NCBI GenBank assembly: GCA_963721455.1
Contig: CAVRJG010000045.1
Location: 1 to 64,000, forward strand
Reading direction: 5' to 3'
Origin: an uncultured Methanosarcinaceae archaeon
GTDB lineage: Archaea > Halobacteriota > Methanosarcinia > Methanosarcinales > Methanosarcinaceae
DNA length: 64,000 nt
The position numbers and the translations under genes are program-made. Below, in pieces: positions 44,244-55,437 of this stretch (its first letter is position 1; every line of letters starts with the position of its first letter). The notes under the pieces were generated by a model. That model saw only the letters and a program-made list of their open reading frames with translations, made no database searches and was not told the origin of the DNA.

Positions 44244-45587
44244 ATGACTGAAATAGGAATTGTTGCAGTAGGCGGTTACAATGAGATGGGCCGCAACATG
44301 ACTGCGGTTATTATAGGTGAGGATATTATCATTCTGGACATGGGGCTTCGGCTCGATAGAGTTCAGATCCACGAAGATGTTGAAATTGACAAAATGCATT
44401 CTCTCGAATTGATCGAGATGGGGGCAATTCCTGATGATACTATTATGAAAGAAATCAACGGGACTGTACGGGCAATTGTCTGCACTCACGGGCACCTTGA
44501 CCATATAGGTGCGATTCCGAAACTTGCACACAGGTATAATGCCCCGATCCTTGCCACTCCCTATACAGCAGCCATCATCAAACAGCAGATAGAGGCCGAG
44601 CGCAAGTTCGAGGTCTGCAACAGGGTTATTCCTCTCAGTGCAGGCGGCACTTACCAGGTTACAGAAGACATTGCCATCGAATTTATCCGAGTCCAGCACA
44701 GCATCATCGACTGTGTTATCGCAGCTGTTCACACTCCGATTGGAGCGGTCCTTTATGCCTGCGACTTTAAGCTGGATCGAACTCCCACAATGGGGGAAGC
44801 GCCTGACTTCGAACGCCTCAAAGCCCTCGGAAAGGAAGGGGTTATTGCAATGATTACAGAGAGCACGAACGCCGGACGCTCAGGAAAAACTCCTTCGGAA
44901 CAGATTGCAAAGGATATGGTAAGGGACGTGCTGCTCGGAACTGAAGAAGCCGATGTCGGGATGATTGTCACTACCTTTGCGTCTCACATTGCGAGGCTCA
45001 AAGCAATTATCGAAGCTGCTGAAGAAATGGGCAGAATTCCGGTGCTTATGGGCCGTTCCATGGAACGCTACGTGAGGGCCGCCAAAGATGTAGGCTACCT
45101 TGACCTGCCTTCCAATGTCGAGATTTACGGTGTCAGGAAAGATATTGACCGTGCCTTCAAACGCATCATGCAGGACGGCAAGAACAAGTACCTGCCAATC
45201 GTTACCGGGCACCAGGGAGAACCAGGTTCCATCCTTGTGCGCGTTTCGAACGGGGAAACTCCCTACACAATTGAGCCCGGGGACAGGGTCATTTTCTCTG
45301 CAAACGTAATCCCAAGCCCCCTCACACAGGCCAACCGCTATGCCCTTGAGACCAAACTCAGGATGCGGGGTGCCAGGATCTATGACAATGTGCACGTATC
45401 AGGGCACGCATACAGGGAAGACCACTGGGAACTCCTACGCATGGTGAATCCTGAACATGTAATTCCTGCCCACGGGGATCTGGAGATGCACGGGCACTAC
45501 ATCGAGATGGCGGAAGATGCCGGGTATGTACTCGGAGACACCGTACACCTTCTCAGAAACGGTGAAGTGTTATATATAGAAGAATAA
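44244..45587 (+). CDS. rnj: Ribonuclease J (beta-CASP)
   Basis: GGYNEMGRNMT, THGHLDHIGA, HSIID, DFKLD, HVSGHA, PAHG. Confidence 0.93.
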   Translation: MTEIGIVAVGGYNEMGRNMTAVIIGEDIIILDMGLRLDRVQIHEDVEIDKMHSLELIEMGAIPDDTIMKEINGTVRAIVCTHGHLDHIGAIPKLAHRYNAPILATPYTAAIIKQQIEAERKFEVCNRVIPLSAGGTYQVTEDIAIEFIRVQHSIIDCVIAAVHTPIGAVLYACDFKLDRTPTMGEAPDFERLKALGKEGVIAMITESTNAGRSGKTPSEQIAKDMVRDVLLGTEEADVGMIVTTFASHIARLKAIIEAAEEMGRIPVLMGRSMERYVRAAKDVGYLDLPSNVEIYGVRKDIDRAFKRIMQDGKNKYLPIVTGHQGEPGSILVRVSNGETPYTIEPGDRVIFSANVIPSPLTQANRYALETKLRMRGARIYDNVHVSGHAYREDHWELLRMVNPEHVIPAHGDLEMHGHYIEMAEDAGYVLGDTVHLLRNGEVLYIEE

Positions 45588-45617
45588 TTGTATAGAAAAT
45601 ATATTCCGTATCTCGTG

Positions 45618-46589
45618 ATGTTTATGATGCTGATTGATGAGATCAAAAAAAGAAGTGTCCATGTTGATGCCGCAATTGATGAGCTACTTCCTATAACCCG
45701 TCCCGAGGAGCTGTACAAAGCCTCTCGCTACCTGGTGGATGCCGGAGGAAAACGCCTCCGCCCGGCAGTCCTAATTCTGGCGGCTGAAGCTGTCGGCTCA
45801 GATCTCAAATCCGTTTTACCTGCAGCAGTGGCCGTGGAACTTGTACATAATTTCACTCTGATCCATGATGATATAATGGACAAAGATGATATCCGAAGGG
45901 GAATGCCTGCTGTCCATAAGATATGGGGTGACGCCGGAGCTATCCTTGCAGGAGACACTCTTTATTCCAAAGCTTTCGAAATCCTATCAAAGGTTGAAAA
46001 TGAACCTTTAAGGATTTTGAAATGCATGGATATCCTCTCAAAGACCTGTACTGAAATCTGCGAAGGGCAGTGGCTTGATATTGAGTTTGAGAAGAGGGAA
46101 AGGGTTACAGAATCCGAATACATTGAGATGGTGGAAAAAAAGACCTCCGTTCTCTACGCAGCTGCAGCCAAGATCGGAGCCCTTCTTGGAGGAGCTTCTG
46201 ACGAGACCGCATACGCTCTATTTGAGTACGGCCGCCTTATAGGGATTGGCTTTCAGATGTATGATGATGTTCTGGACATGGTCACTCCACAGGAAGTGCT
46301 CGGAAAAGTAAGAGGCAGCGACCTTATGGAAGGGAAGCATACCCTTATCGTAATTGATGCTTTCAAAAAAGGTGTGAAACTGGACATTTTCGGTAAAGGG
46401 GAAGTTACTCAGGAGGAAACTGACAAAACCGTCCGGATTCTGACAGAATGCGGATCAATTGGTTATGTAAAGGATCTTGCAATTTCATATATCAATGAAG
46501 GCAAAGCAAAGCTGGACGCCCTGCCGGACTGCCCGGAAAAGGAACTTCTCCTTCAGATTGCCGATTATATGATCTCAAGGGAATACTGA
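45618..46589 (+). CDS. idsA: Geranylgeranyl diphosphate synthase (polyprenyl synthase)
   Basis: GGKRLRP, HDDIMDKDDIRRG, GQWLD, KKTS, FQMYDDVLD. Confidence 0.92.
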   Translation: MFMMLIDEIKKRSVHVDAAIDELLPITRPEELYKASRYLVDAGGKRLRPAVLILAAEAVGSDLKSVLPAAVAVELVHNFTLIHDDIMDKDDIRRGMPAVHKIWGDAGAILAGDTLYSKAFEILSKVENEPLRILKCMDILSKTCTEICEGQWLDIEFEKRERVTESEYIEMVEKKTSVLYAAAAKIGALLGGASDETAYALFEYGRLIGIGFQMYDDVLDMVTPQEVLGKVRGSDLMEGKHTLIVIDAFKKGVKLDIFGKGEVTQEETDKTVRILTECGSIGYVKDLAISYINEGKAKLDALPDCPEKELLLQIADYMISREY

Positions 46590-46840
46590 AATCGGTTTTA
46601 GAGTTAGGATTTTAAGTAGAGTTGTTGGAATTGCGCCAGCCGATAAATTCTTCGGCATAAAGAAAATCTGTGATTTTTCATTTAGTTGCTATAATCGCAA
46701 CAGTGCGCAGTTCTTTCATCCTGCTCAAGAAGGCTTCTTTTAGAGTTAAGATTATTTTTCGGATTGTGTTATGGGCGAGCCCGGATTTGGATACTTGTTT
46801 ATCCGCCAAGCTCCAGATAATGGCTTTCAAAAAAGAGCAG

Positions 46841-46859
46841 GGCAGGACATTGTCCTGCC
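46841..46859. terminator. Perfect 9-bp inverted repeat between convergent idsA and ppdK
   Basis: GGCAGGACA-T-TGTCCTGCC, 20 bp past the ppdK stop, followed by a T-run on the minus strand. Confidence 0.45.
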
Positions 46860-46879
46860 AGAATTTTAAATTTCAGGAT

Positions 46880-49531
46880 TTATTTTGCTTTTCTGGATTC
46901 AATTGTGCTCTGGGCAGCTACGAGCCTTGCGATCGGGACCCTGTAAGGAGAGCAGCTCACATAGTTGAGGCCTATTTCGTAGGCGAAGTGAATGGACTTC
47001 GGCTCTCCGCCGTGTTCTCCGCAGATTCCCATCTTGAGGTCGGGTTTGACGGAGCGGCCTTTTTTAATTCCGATCTTCATTAACTCGCCAACGCCTTCCT
47101 GGTCCAGGACTGCAAATGGATCGTGTTCAATAATGCCTGCCTTCTGGTAAATGGGCACGAATTTGGACACGTCATCACGGCTGAACCCGAAGGTCGTCTG
47201 GGTCAGGTCGTTTGTCCCGAAGGAGAAAAAGTCAGCTTCCTTTGCGATCTTGTCTGCAATGATTGCGGCTCTTGGCAGTTCGATCATTGTTCCTATGTGA
47301 TAATCGATCTTTATGCCTTTCTCGGCCATGACCGTTTCAGCCATCTTGCAGACTTCCCCTCTTGTAAGAGAGAGTTCCTTTACAAGACCCACTAATGGGA
47401 TCATGATTTCAGGAACAATCTGCATTCCCTCGGCTGAAAGTTCACAGGCTGCCTCCATGATTGCACGCACCTGCATGTTGTAGATTTCGGGATAGGTGAT
47501 TCCGAGCCTGCATCCTCTGTGCCCGAGCATAGGATTGAGTTCCTTAAGGGAAACCACACGCTTGATTATCTTCTTGACTTCGTCAATCTTCCCGCAATCT
47601 CCCGAGACTTCAAGTTCCCTGAGCTTTGCGTCCAGTTCTTCCTTGTCCGGGAGGAACTCGTGGAGAGGTGGATCAAGCAGCCTGATAGTCACTGGCAGGC
47701 CTTCCATGCTGCGGAAGATGCCAATGAAGTCTTCCTTCTGCATAGGGAGCAGTTTCTTGAGGGCTTTTTTCCGGGATTTTTCGTCTTCGGCCATGATCAT
47801 TTCCCTAACTGCGGGAATTCTGTCTTCTCCGAAGAACATATGTTCAGTTCTGCAAAGTCCGATCCCTTCTGCACCAAGTTCTCGGGCCAGGGCTGCATCT
47901 GCCGGGTTATCCGCATTTGTTCTTACTCCGAGAGTTCTGATTTCATCAGCCCAGAGGAGAATACGCTTCAGATCGTCATTAATTTCGGCATCAATCAGCT
48001 CTACTTTCCCAATGATGACACTGCCTGCGCTTCCGTCAATGGTAATATAGTCATGTTCTTTGATAGTATGACCGTTTACCATGAAGATACCGCTTTTCAT
48101 GTCTATTGAGATTTCTCCGCAGCCCACGACACAGGGTTTGCCCATACCTCTTCCTACGACTGCTGCATGAGAGGTCATCCCTCCGCGCACGGTAAGAACA
48201 CCCTGAGCAGCTGCCATCCCTCCTATATCTTCAGGGGATGTTTCGGTCCGGACGAGAATAGTTTTTTCTCCTATTTCGGCCATTTCCTCAGCTGCTTCGG
48301 CAGTAAATACGACTTTTCCTACAGCGGCTCCGGGAGATGCCGGAAGTCCCTTTGCGATTACCTCAAGTTTTGCTTTGGGGTCAATCCTCGGGTGCAGGAG
48401 CAGGTCAATGTGTTCGGCTTTTACCCTTGTGACTGCTGTTTCCTTATCTATCAGCCCTTCAGCTACCATATCTGTTGCAATCTTCACGGCCGCGGCAGCT
48501 GTGCGTTTCCCTGTCCTGGTCTGCAGCATGTAGAGCCTTCCTTCCTGAATAGTAAACTCTATGTCCTGCATGTCCTTGAAGTGAGCTTCAAGTTTCTGAC
48601 AGATATTAACAAGCTGTTTGTAGGCGTCAGGGATCTTGCTCCCAAGGGTATCAATAAAGTCCGGAGTCCGGATGCCGGCAACCACATCTTCGCCCTGGGC
48701 GTTGATAAGGTATTCTCCAAAGAACTTCTTCTCCCCTGTGGATGGGTTCCTTGTGAAAGCAACTCCTGTCCCGGAGGTGTTTCCTCTGTTCCCGTAGACC
48801 ATTGTCTGTACATTGACTGCTGTGCCCCAGCTGTCATTAATTTCATTAAGCTTTCTGTATGTGATGGCTCTAGAATTATTCCATGACTCAAAAACAGCAT
48901 CAATTGCCATCCGAAGCTGAACTTTCGGATCCTGGGGGAACTCAAACCCTTTTTCAAGTTTGATTACTTCCTTGAACCTTTCAGCCAACTCTTTTAATGC
49001 TTTTGCATCGAGGTCAGTATCGGACTTGACTCCCAGGTCCTTCTTCTCATCCTCGATCAGGGAGTCGAACTTTCTGAATTCAACTCCCAGAACCACGTTC
49101 CCAAACATGGCTATAAATCGTCGGTAGCAATCGTAAGCGAATCTTTCATCATTGACCTTATTTGCGAGCCCCAATACGGATTTGTCCGTAAGCCCGAGGT
49201 TAAGGACAGTATCCATCATCCCCGGCATGGACACCCTGGCCCCGGACCTTACAGAAACAAGCAGCGGATCATCTGGATCTCCCAACTTTTTGTGGTTTAA
49301 GGTCTCGAGCTTATCGATTGCTTCTTCTACCTGTCTGAGTACTTCTTCAGAATAGTTATTCTCCTTTAAGTAAAGTACGCAAACTTCGGTTGTTATTGTA
49401 AAACCGGGTGGTACGGGGATCCCGAGATTTGCCATCTCGGCAAGGTTTGCACCCTTACCTCCAAGCAAGTCTTTCATACTACTTTTGCCATCAGTTACAT
49501 CCTTTCCAAAAAAATATACAAACTTGGACAA
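46880..49531 (-). CDS. ppdK: Pyruvate, phosphate dikinase
   Basis: GGKGANLAEM, SVRSGA..SMPGMMDT, GGMTSHAAVV, GLCRTEHM, FGTNDLTQ, CGEHGG; TTG at 49531 after GGAGGAG. Confidence 0.97.
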   Translation of the reverse strand: MSKFVYFFGKDVTDGKSSMKDLLGGKGANLAEMANLGIPVPPGFTITTEVCVLYLKENNYSEEVLRQVEEAIDKLETLNHKKLGDPDDPLLVSVRSGARVSMPGMMDTVLNLGLTDKSVLGLANKVNDERFAYDCYRRFIAMFGNVVLGVEFRKFDSLIEDEKKDLGVKSDTDLDAKALKELAERFKEVIKLEKGFEFPQDPKVQLRMAIDAVFESWNNSRAITYRKLNEINDSWGTAVNVQTMVYGNRGNTSGTGVAFTRNPSTGEKKFFGEYLINAQGEDVVAGIRTPDFIDTLGSKIPDAYKQLVNICQKLEAHFKDMQDIEFTIQEGRLYMLQTRTGKRTAAAAVKIATDMVAEGLIDKETAVTRVKAEHIDLLLHPRIDPKAKLEVIAKGLPASPGAAVGKVVFTAEAAEEMAEIGEKTILVRTETSPEDIGGMAAAQGVLTVRGGMTSHAAVVGRGMGKPCVVGCGEISIDMKSGIFMVNGHTIKEHDYITIDGSAGSVIIGKVELIDAEINDDLKRILLWADEIRTLGVRTNADNPADAALARELGAEGIGLCRTEHMFFGEDRIPAVREMIMAEDEKSRKKALKKLLPMQKEDFIGIFRSMEGLPVTIRLLDPPLHEFLPDKEELDAKLRELEVSGDCGKIDEVKKIIKRVVSLKELNPMLGHRGCRLGITYPEIYNMQVRAIMEAACELSAEGMQIVPEIMIPLVGLVKELSLTRGEVCKMAETVMAEKGIKIDYHIGTMIELPRAAIIADKIAKEADFFSFGTNDLTQTTFGFSRDDVSKFVPIYQKAGIIEHDPFAVLDQEGVGELMKIGIKKGRSVKPDLKMGICGEHGGEPKSIHFAYEIGLNYVSCSPYRVPIARLVAAQSTIESRKAK

Positions 49532-49575
49532 TGAGTCTCCTCCCTGGAACGAGATCATTAATCGGAGCTAGTGAC

Positions 49576-49675
49576 TGGATATGACCAGATATTGGATATG
49601 ACCAGATATATGATCTAATTGTTGCAAGATTTTGACATTTCAAAGTATAAATACGTTTAAAATATGACCAGATAT
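49576..49675. promoter_or_regulatory. Three copies of ATATGACCAGATAT upstream of ppdK
   Basis: TGGATATGACCAGATAT in tandem at 49576-49592 and 49593-49609; third core at 49662-49675. Confidence 0.5.
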
Positions 49676-49941
49676 GTGGCCTGAATGTTGCCAACAAGGT
49701 CTATTTAATATATAAGCTTGTGGTTTCCCTCTCCTGTATATTATACTTTACTATCTTAATTTAGTTAAGACTAACGTATAATATAGGTCTTGCGATATCT
49801 TTATATATAATTAACATAGACTACATATGCTTTTCAGTCTAGAATATATATTATTATTTAAGGCTGACAGAATAACATACTCAAAGCCAGGATATTTTTG
49901 CCCTGAGCTGGAGAAATAGCTATTAATTATTCGTGGCTGAT

Positions 49942-50202
49942 ATGAAACGACTCGGTACAGTGCTGCACAGGTCAGGTGTAAAAAACCTGATAATTATAGG
50001 GGATGAGGTAAAACCCGATGACGTCTCAGGTAGTCTTCCTAAATTGAATTCGGTCGTTGTGGATAAGGCCCTGAACCGGATTGGTACAATTGTCAGTGTC
50101 TTCGGACCTGTAGACCATCCCTATTTTTTAGTGAGGGGCTTTAAGCAAACTCCGGATTCGGAATTTCGGGCTCTCGTCAATGAAAGAGTCTATATTCGGT
50201 GA
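49942..50202 (+). CDS. gar1: H/ACA RNP protein Gar1/Naf1 family
   Basis: MKRLG.VLH...IG.IV.VFGPVDHPY; position upstream of TFB. Confidence 0.85.
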   Translation: MKRLGTVLHRSGVKNLIIIGDEVKPDDVSGSLPKLNSVVVDKALNRIGTIVSVFGPVDHPYFLVRGFKQTPDSEFRALVNERVYIR

Positions 50203-50395
50203 GATCTCTGACATTGGATGCGCGTTTGAATTCTTTATTATGGTTTAACTTTAACTGGTTTATATGTTTTTTGCTAGTTATAGCCGTGAGTTATCTTATC
50301 CCTCCTTTTATATATAGACTGTTATTTCAGTGGTGCAGCTAAGGTTACAGGGAGTCATAAACATATGGTCATTTTAATTTGTAAGGTGATATGAT

Positions 50396-51409
50396 ATGGT
50401 AGAAGTCGAAAGAGTTCGCTATTCGGACACTCTTGAAAGAGAAAAAATACGTGCCATGATCAAAGCTCGCAAAGAGAAGCAAAAGGAGCAAAGTTTTGAG
50501 AACGAAAAGGCCGTGTGTCCAGAATGCGGCAGCAGGAACCTCGTTCACGACTATGAGCGAGCCGAGCTCGTGTGTGGGGACTGCGGACTTGTCATTGATG
50601 CCGACTTTGTGGATGAAGGACCGGAATGGCGAGCTTTCGATCACGATCAGCGTATGAAGCGTTCCCGTGTGGGTGCGCCCATGACATACACAATCCACGA
50701 CAAAGGGCTTTCCACAATGATTGACTGGAGGAACCGTGATTCCTACGGAAAATCGATCTCCTCCAAAAACCGTGCTCAACTCTATCGTTTAAGAAAATGG
50801 CAGCGCAGAATTCGTGTAAGCAACGCAACTGAAAGAAACCTCGCATTTGCACTATCCGAGCTTGACAGGATGGCTTCGGCATTGGGTCTCCCGAGAACAG
50901 TCAGGGAAACAGCAGCTGTTGTCTATAGAAAAGCTGTGGACAAGAACCTTATACGTGGGAGAAGCATTGAAGGTGTCGCCGCAGCCGCTCTTTATGCTGC
51001 GTGCCGCCAGTGCAGCGTCCCAAGGACTCTTGATGAAATCGAAGAGGTGTCCAGGGTCAGCCGGAAAGAAATCGGAAGAACCTACCGCTTTATTTCCAGA
51101 GAACTCGCATTAAAGCTCATGCCCACTTCCCCGATCGACTACGTCCCAAGGTTCTGTTCTGGCCTCAATCTGAAAGGAGAAGTCCAGTCCAAAAGCGTTG
51201 AGATCCTGAGGCAGGCTTCCGAAAAGGAACTGACAAGCGGAAGGGGTCCCACAGGAGTTGCTGCGGCTGCAATCTATATTGCGTCCATTCTCTGTGGTGA
51301 GCGGAGAACTCAAAGGGAAGTCGCGGATGTTGCCGGGGTTACGGAAGTTACCATCAGGAACAGGTATAAAGAGCTTGCAGAAGAATTGGATATCGAGATT
51401 ATCCTCTAA
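50396..51409 (+). CDS. tfb: Transcription initiation factor B
   Basis: CPECGS...CGDCGLV zinc ribbon, GPEWRAF, two cyclin repeats. Confidence 0.97.
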
Positions 51410-51565
51410 ATTCTTCCTCATTTTTCTTTCGCCAACCGGGTTCAGCTCTGTTCATATATTTACAGAGAAATACCCATTTTTTGCAGCTGCCTTATTTATC
51501 CGGTTCTCTGCAGCTGTGCGCAGGGATTATTTTCAAAAAGAAGCCATTAGAATTTTGGATATATA

Positions 51566-52222
51566 ATGCTGGCAATTGAAATTTTGAAAGCTCTTCTTTT
51601 AGGTTTCTCTGTCGGGCTTACAGGCGCACTTGTTCCGGGCCCTATGCTCTTTGCAACTATAGAGATTTCTCTGAAAAAAGGTTGGCTTGCAGGTCCGCAA
51701 GTCGTATTAGGGCATATGGCCATTGAGCTTGTGCTCTATATGCTCATTCTCTTTGGGGCGGCTTCGCTTGTCGGCAGCGGCATGATTTCTGCAATTTTCC
51801 TTCTAGGAGGGCTTTCACTTGTAGTTTTCGGCTTTCTGACCTTAAAGGATGCCAGGACCGCCGCTTCTTCAAAAGGGATTTCTCAGGATTCATCAGGCTT
51901 GAAGCTAACCTCCAGCCCCGCCTTGATAGGCCTGGTTACTTCGGTTTCGAATCCCTATTTCTGGATCTGGTGGCTGACTGCGGGCGGTGCTCTTGTCCTC
52001 AGGGAATATGAACTGGGAATAATCGTTTCAGTGGCTTACATCCTCGGGCACTGGATAGCGGACCTCAGCTGGTTTACTGCAATATCCGGGTCTTTTAGCT
52101 GCGGAAAAAATATACTCTCTCAAAGGGCGCACAGGTATATTCTCTATCTTTGCGGGACATTTCTGATCTTTTTCGGGCTGTACTTCGTGCTCAACTACAA
52201 TAGTTCAATTCATCTGTCCTGA
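51566..52222 (+). CDS. LysE family transporter
   Basis: GALVPGP, GH..IE, SNPYFWIWW; hydrophobic. Confidence 0.88.
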   Translation: MLAIEILKALLLGFSVGLTGALVPGPMLFATIEISLKKGWLAGPQVVLGHMAIELVLYMLILFGAASLVGSGMISAIFLLGGLSLVVFGFLTLKDARTAASSKGISQDSSGLKLTSSPALIGLVTSVSNPYFWIWWLTAGGALVLREYELGIIVSVAYILGHWIADLSWFTAISGSFSCGKNILSQRAHRYILYLCGTFLIFFGLYFVLNYNSSIHLS

Positions 52223-52281
52223 GCGCGGGCTCTGGGATAGCTTAATAACAAAAGGATAACTTTAGAATCCCGTAGATTCCC

Positions 52282-53292
52282 ATGAAACGGCAGTGCATAC
52301 AAGTTCCTAAAAGTAAAGGAGAAGCTGTAAGGAGAATGCTCCTTGAACTTGAAATCCTTGACAATTCCGTAAAAATAGGCACGGATGAGATATTTCTTTA
52401 TCTTCCCCTTTCCAGAGAACCCGCCCCTGATGAACTGGAGAGTTTTCCGGAAGAAACCAGGCTTATTGAATTCGATTTCGAACTCCAGCAAAAAAAACCT
52501 GTTCCTGAGGATATTCTTGGTTTCAGTCCGGCGTATGAAGTCATAGGGGATATTGCCCTTCTGGAGGATTCGGACCTGGATTCTCAAAAGGCGTCAAAAA
52601 TTGCCGATGCCCTTCTCCGGACCCAGCCAAATATAAAAACCGTACTCAAACCTCTTACTCCTGTAATCGGGGAATTCAGGGTCAGGGAATTTGAAGTTGT
52701 TGCAGGCGAGCCCAGGACAGAAACAATTCACAGGGAATACGGCTGCCGCTATAAAGTTGACCTTGCAAGAGCTTATTTCACTCCGCGCCTTTCTACCGAA
52801 CGCTCGCGTATTCTCTCCTGGGTTAAGGAAGGAGATACCGTCGTTGATATGTTTGCAGGTGTAGGCCCTTACAGTATCCTGATCGCAAAGAGCAAAAAGC
52901 CTTCAAAAGTCCTGGCAATAGATAAAAATCCGGATGCCGTACGTTATCTGAAGGAAAATATAACTCTTAATTCTGCGAAAAATATCGAAGCAATCGAAGG
53001 TGATGCCAGGGAAGAAGCAAAAAAGTTTGCAGGCACTGCCGACCAGATTATCATGAACCTTCCTCACAGCGCCCATGAGTTTCTGGACTCCGCTATTCTT
53101 CTTACAAAGCCTGGCGGAATTATTCATTACTACGGAATGACCCCTGAAGACGACCTCTTCGAAAGCTCTATTAAACTGATACGGGCAGCTGCGGAAAAAG
53201 CAGGAAGGAAAATCGAGGTTCTGGAGAAAAAAGTAGTCCGTTCTTATGCTCCTCACCAGTATAATGTATGCATAGAAGCCAGAATTATTTAA
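52282..53292 (+). CDS. Trm5/TYW2 family tRNA methyltransferase
   Basis: EVIGDIA, GEFRVRE, ETIHREYG, YFTPRLSTER, DMFAGVGPY, IMNLP. Confidence 0.88.
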   Translation: MKRQCIQVPKSKGEAVRRMLLELEILDNSVKIGTDEIFLYLPLSREPAPDELESFPEETRLIEFDFELQQKKPVPEDILGFSPAYEVIGDIALLEDSDLDSQKASKIADALLRTQPNIKTVLKPLTPVIGEFRVREFEVVAGEPRTETIHREYGCRYKVDLARAYFTPRLSTERSRILSWVKEGDTVVDMFAGVGPYSILIAKSKKPSKVLAIDKNPDAVRYLKENITLNSAKNIEAIEGDAREEAKKFAGTADQIIMNLPHSAHEFLDSAILLTKPGGIIHYYGMTPEDDLFESSIKLIRAAAEKAGRKIEVLEKKVVRSYAPHQYNVCIEARII

Positions 53293-53399
53293 AGGACATC
53301 AGGATTATTTAAAGCCTTGAAAAAGCAGACTGCCCTGCCCGAGCGAAATCATTAAATTCTTGATCGCTATTTTAAGTCTGCTTATTTTCCTGTGCATTT

Positions 53400-53471
53400 G
53401 CCGTCGTGGCTTAGCGGTATAGCGGCTGATTCGTAATCAGCAGGTCGAGGGTTCAAGTCCCTCCGGCGGCT
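53400..53471 (+). tRNA. tRNA-Thr (CGT)
   Basis: Acceptor GCCGTCG/CGGCGGC; anticodon arm CTGA-TTCGTAA-TCAG; T-loop GTTCAAGTC. Confidence 0.95.
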
Positions 53472-53479
53472 TAATAAAA

Positions 53480-53553
53480 TTTTTTGTTTAGTGCCCTACT
53501 TTTCGTGGAGTGGCAGAGAATGGACAACGATTTCTATAATTTGAACCTTAATA
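53480..53553 (+). repeat. Direct repeat copy 1 (integrase leader and first codons)
   Basis: Nearly identical to 63425-63498 (4 substitutions and 1 indel by eye). Confidence 0.9.
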
Positions 53554-54164
53554 AAAGGCTACAATGCTTAAAAAATTCAGACATATCTGAAGTTAATAAG
53601 CAATTGATTCTCGATTTTGTCGATAATTGTTTTGTTGAAGGGTTAGGGCAACAACGTATTTTAAAGTACATTTCGATTCTAAAAATGATTGCGATTCAAA
53701 TTAAAATTGATTTTGATAAGGTCGAGAAAAGAGATTTATTCAATTTTATATCTGAATTAGAGCGATCAAATAAGAGTGATTGGCTAAAACATGACTATAA
53801 AGTAGGGATAAAAAAATTTTACAAATGGTTCTTAAAAGATGATAATCCCGAGCTAACGAGATGGATAAAAGCTTCAGTCAGTAGGAAAGATAGAAAGCTT
53901 CCAGAAGAGATGCTCACAGAGCAAGATATTTTGGAGATAATAAATTGTGCTATCAAGCTAAGTGATAAAGCAATGGTTGCACTATTATGGGATATTGGAG
54001 CTAGAATTGGTGAGATTGGTACTTTAAAAATAAGGCATATCAAATTTGATGAATATGGTGCGATTGTTAACGTAAAGGGTAAAACAGGATATAGAAGAGT
54101 AAGGGCTGTATTCATTGGTCATCGGTTAACGAATTTTATGCACAACTTTGAATACCGCTTATAG
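53520..54164 (+). pseudogene. Truncated tyrosine recombinase/integrase (N-terminal part)
   Basis: LLWDIGARIGEI (catalytic Arg box) and GKTGYRRVR; similarity ends ~54113 with no HxxR or Tyr box. Confidence 0.88.
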
Positions 54165-54557
54165 CGATTTTCCAACATAATTCTTAGATATATTACATAA
54201 AAAATAACACTTTTTGGCGTTTTGCACCTTAACCGAATCCACATGAATACAATTAAGAGCCTATCCAAAAAGTAGATTACTTGCAATTTAGGGTAATACG
54301 TGGTAATTGCAAAACGTAAAATCGTAAGTGACTACGTAATCCCTGATAATCTGTGACCGTGGGCAGGATGTCTAGGCTGAGTCACAAAAGATGAGAAAAC
54401 TGATGGGATGGCTCTGCCCTTTCCTATTGTTTTTCAGGTCATAACACTTTCTGATTCTCTTTGTAAATAGTGTATTTATAGAAGGAAGTATTATACAATT
54501 GGATTAAATAAAAACGTAGGCATAAAAGTCTAAACTGTAATGTGGGGGTATAAAGAA

Positions 54558-54788
54558 ATGCCAATTGTTGATATTAAACTCATCGAAGGTGTATTCTCCA
54601 AGGAAGAGATCGAGAAGCTTATTAAGGACGTGACAGACGTTGTAGTCTCGTTCATGGGAGAAAATCTACGTAGCCATACATTGGTAGTAGTTCAGGAAGT
54701 AAAGAGCGGAAGCTGGGGGGTAGGTGGACAGGCAATTGGATTAGAGGAAGTAAGGGCTATGCAAGAGGGTACTTTAAAGAAGCACTAA
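54558..54788 (+). CDS. 4-oxalocrotonate tautomerase family protein
   Basis: Met-Pro start (catalytic Pro1), PIVDIKLIEG...EV..GSWGVGG. Confidence 0.88.
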   Translation: MPIVDIKLIEGVFSKEEIEKLIKDVTDVVVSFMGENLRSHTLVVVQEVKSGSWGVGGQAIGLEEVRAMQEGTLKKH

Positions 54789-55038
54789 GCCATACTCAGG
54801 AAAAAACGGAGACAACGTGAAAGGGTAAAACAATACATAAAATGTACCCATAACAAAAATTCTAATATAAGTCTCATAACAAACTTTTCACTTTTTTCAA
54901 TGTTTTCCCAAATAGAGAAGATTACCCAAGAACGACGTTTTAGGATAAAACTTAGGCATTTTCTTAATTTTGGACTAATTTTCGAGGGCTGACGAATAGC
55001 CCATAAGCTAAAAATAACTACCTTTTATGGACACTCTA

Positions 55039-55437
55039 TCATAGGTATTTTTTACCGCAATTAAAACAGATGCCTTTATGAACACAGATTGTACCTCTAC
55101 ATTCAGTGCATGTCCATCTTATTTTTTCATTTATAAGAAATTGCCCAATACCAAGTTTTTTAATATTTCCAAGATTCTCAATCATACTCATATAGTATTT
55201 GGTGGAATATCTTTTATCTAAATGTTTTAAATTATCACAAGGAAAATTTTTACATTCATAACAAAATGTTAATTCGTTCTTGGTTAAAATTTCACATGTT
55301 TTAATTTTACATATAACTCTAGTAATAGGTTTGTTAATGTCGGATTCCCTGCAACCTGGACACTTATTTCTTTTTCTTAAATAAGCCATACAAATACTAC
55401 AATTCATCCCACATGGGGCAATAAGAATTTCATTCAG
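55039..55437 (-). CDS. DUF3795-type cysteine-rich protein
   Basis: IAPCGMNCSIC...CPGC...C.IK.C...FCYEC..FPC; frame extends above the track ATG (55407) to a CTG at 55437; true start uncertain. Confidence 0.75.
   Translation of the reverse strand: MNEILIAPCGMNCSICMAYLRKRNKCPGCRESDINKPITRVICKIKTCEILTKNELTFCYECKNFPCDNLKHLDKRYSTKYYMSMIENLGNIKKLGIGQFLINEKIRWTCTECRGTICVHKGICFNCGKKYL

Noticed and set aside
47123-48886. Long + strand ORFs (up to 239 aa) opposite ppdK, and similar antisense ORFs over hemA, hemL, gltX and rnj
   Set aside because: Shadow frames of well-conserved genes with no recognisable motifs
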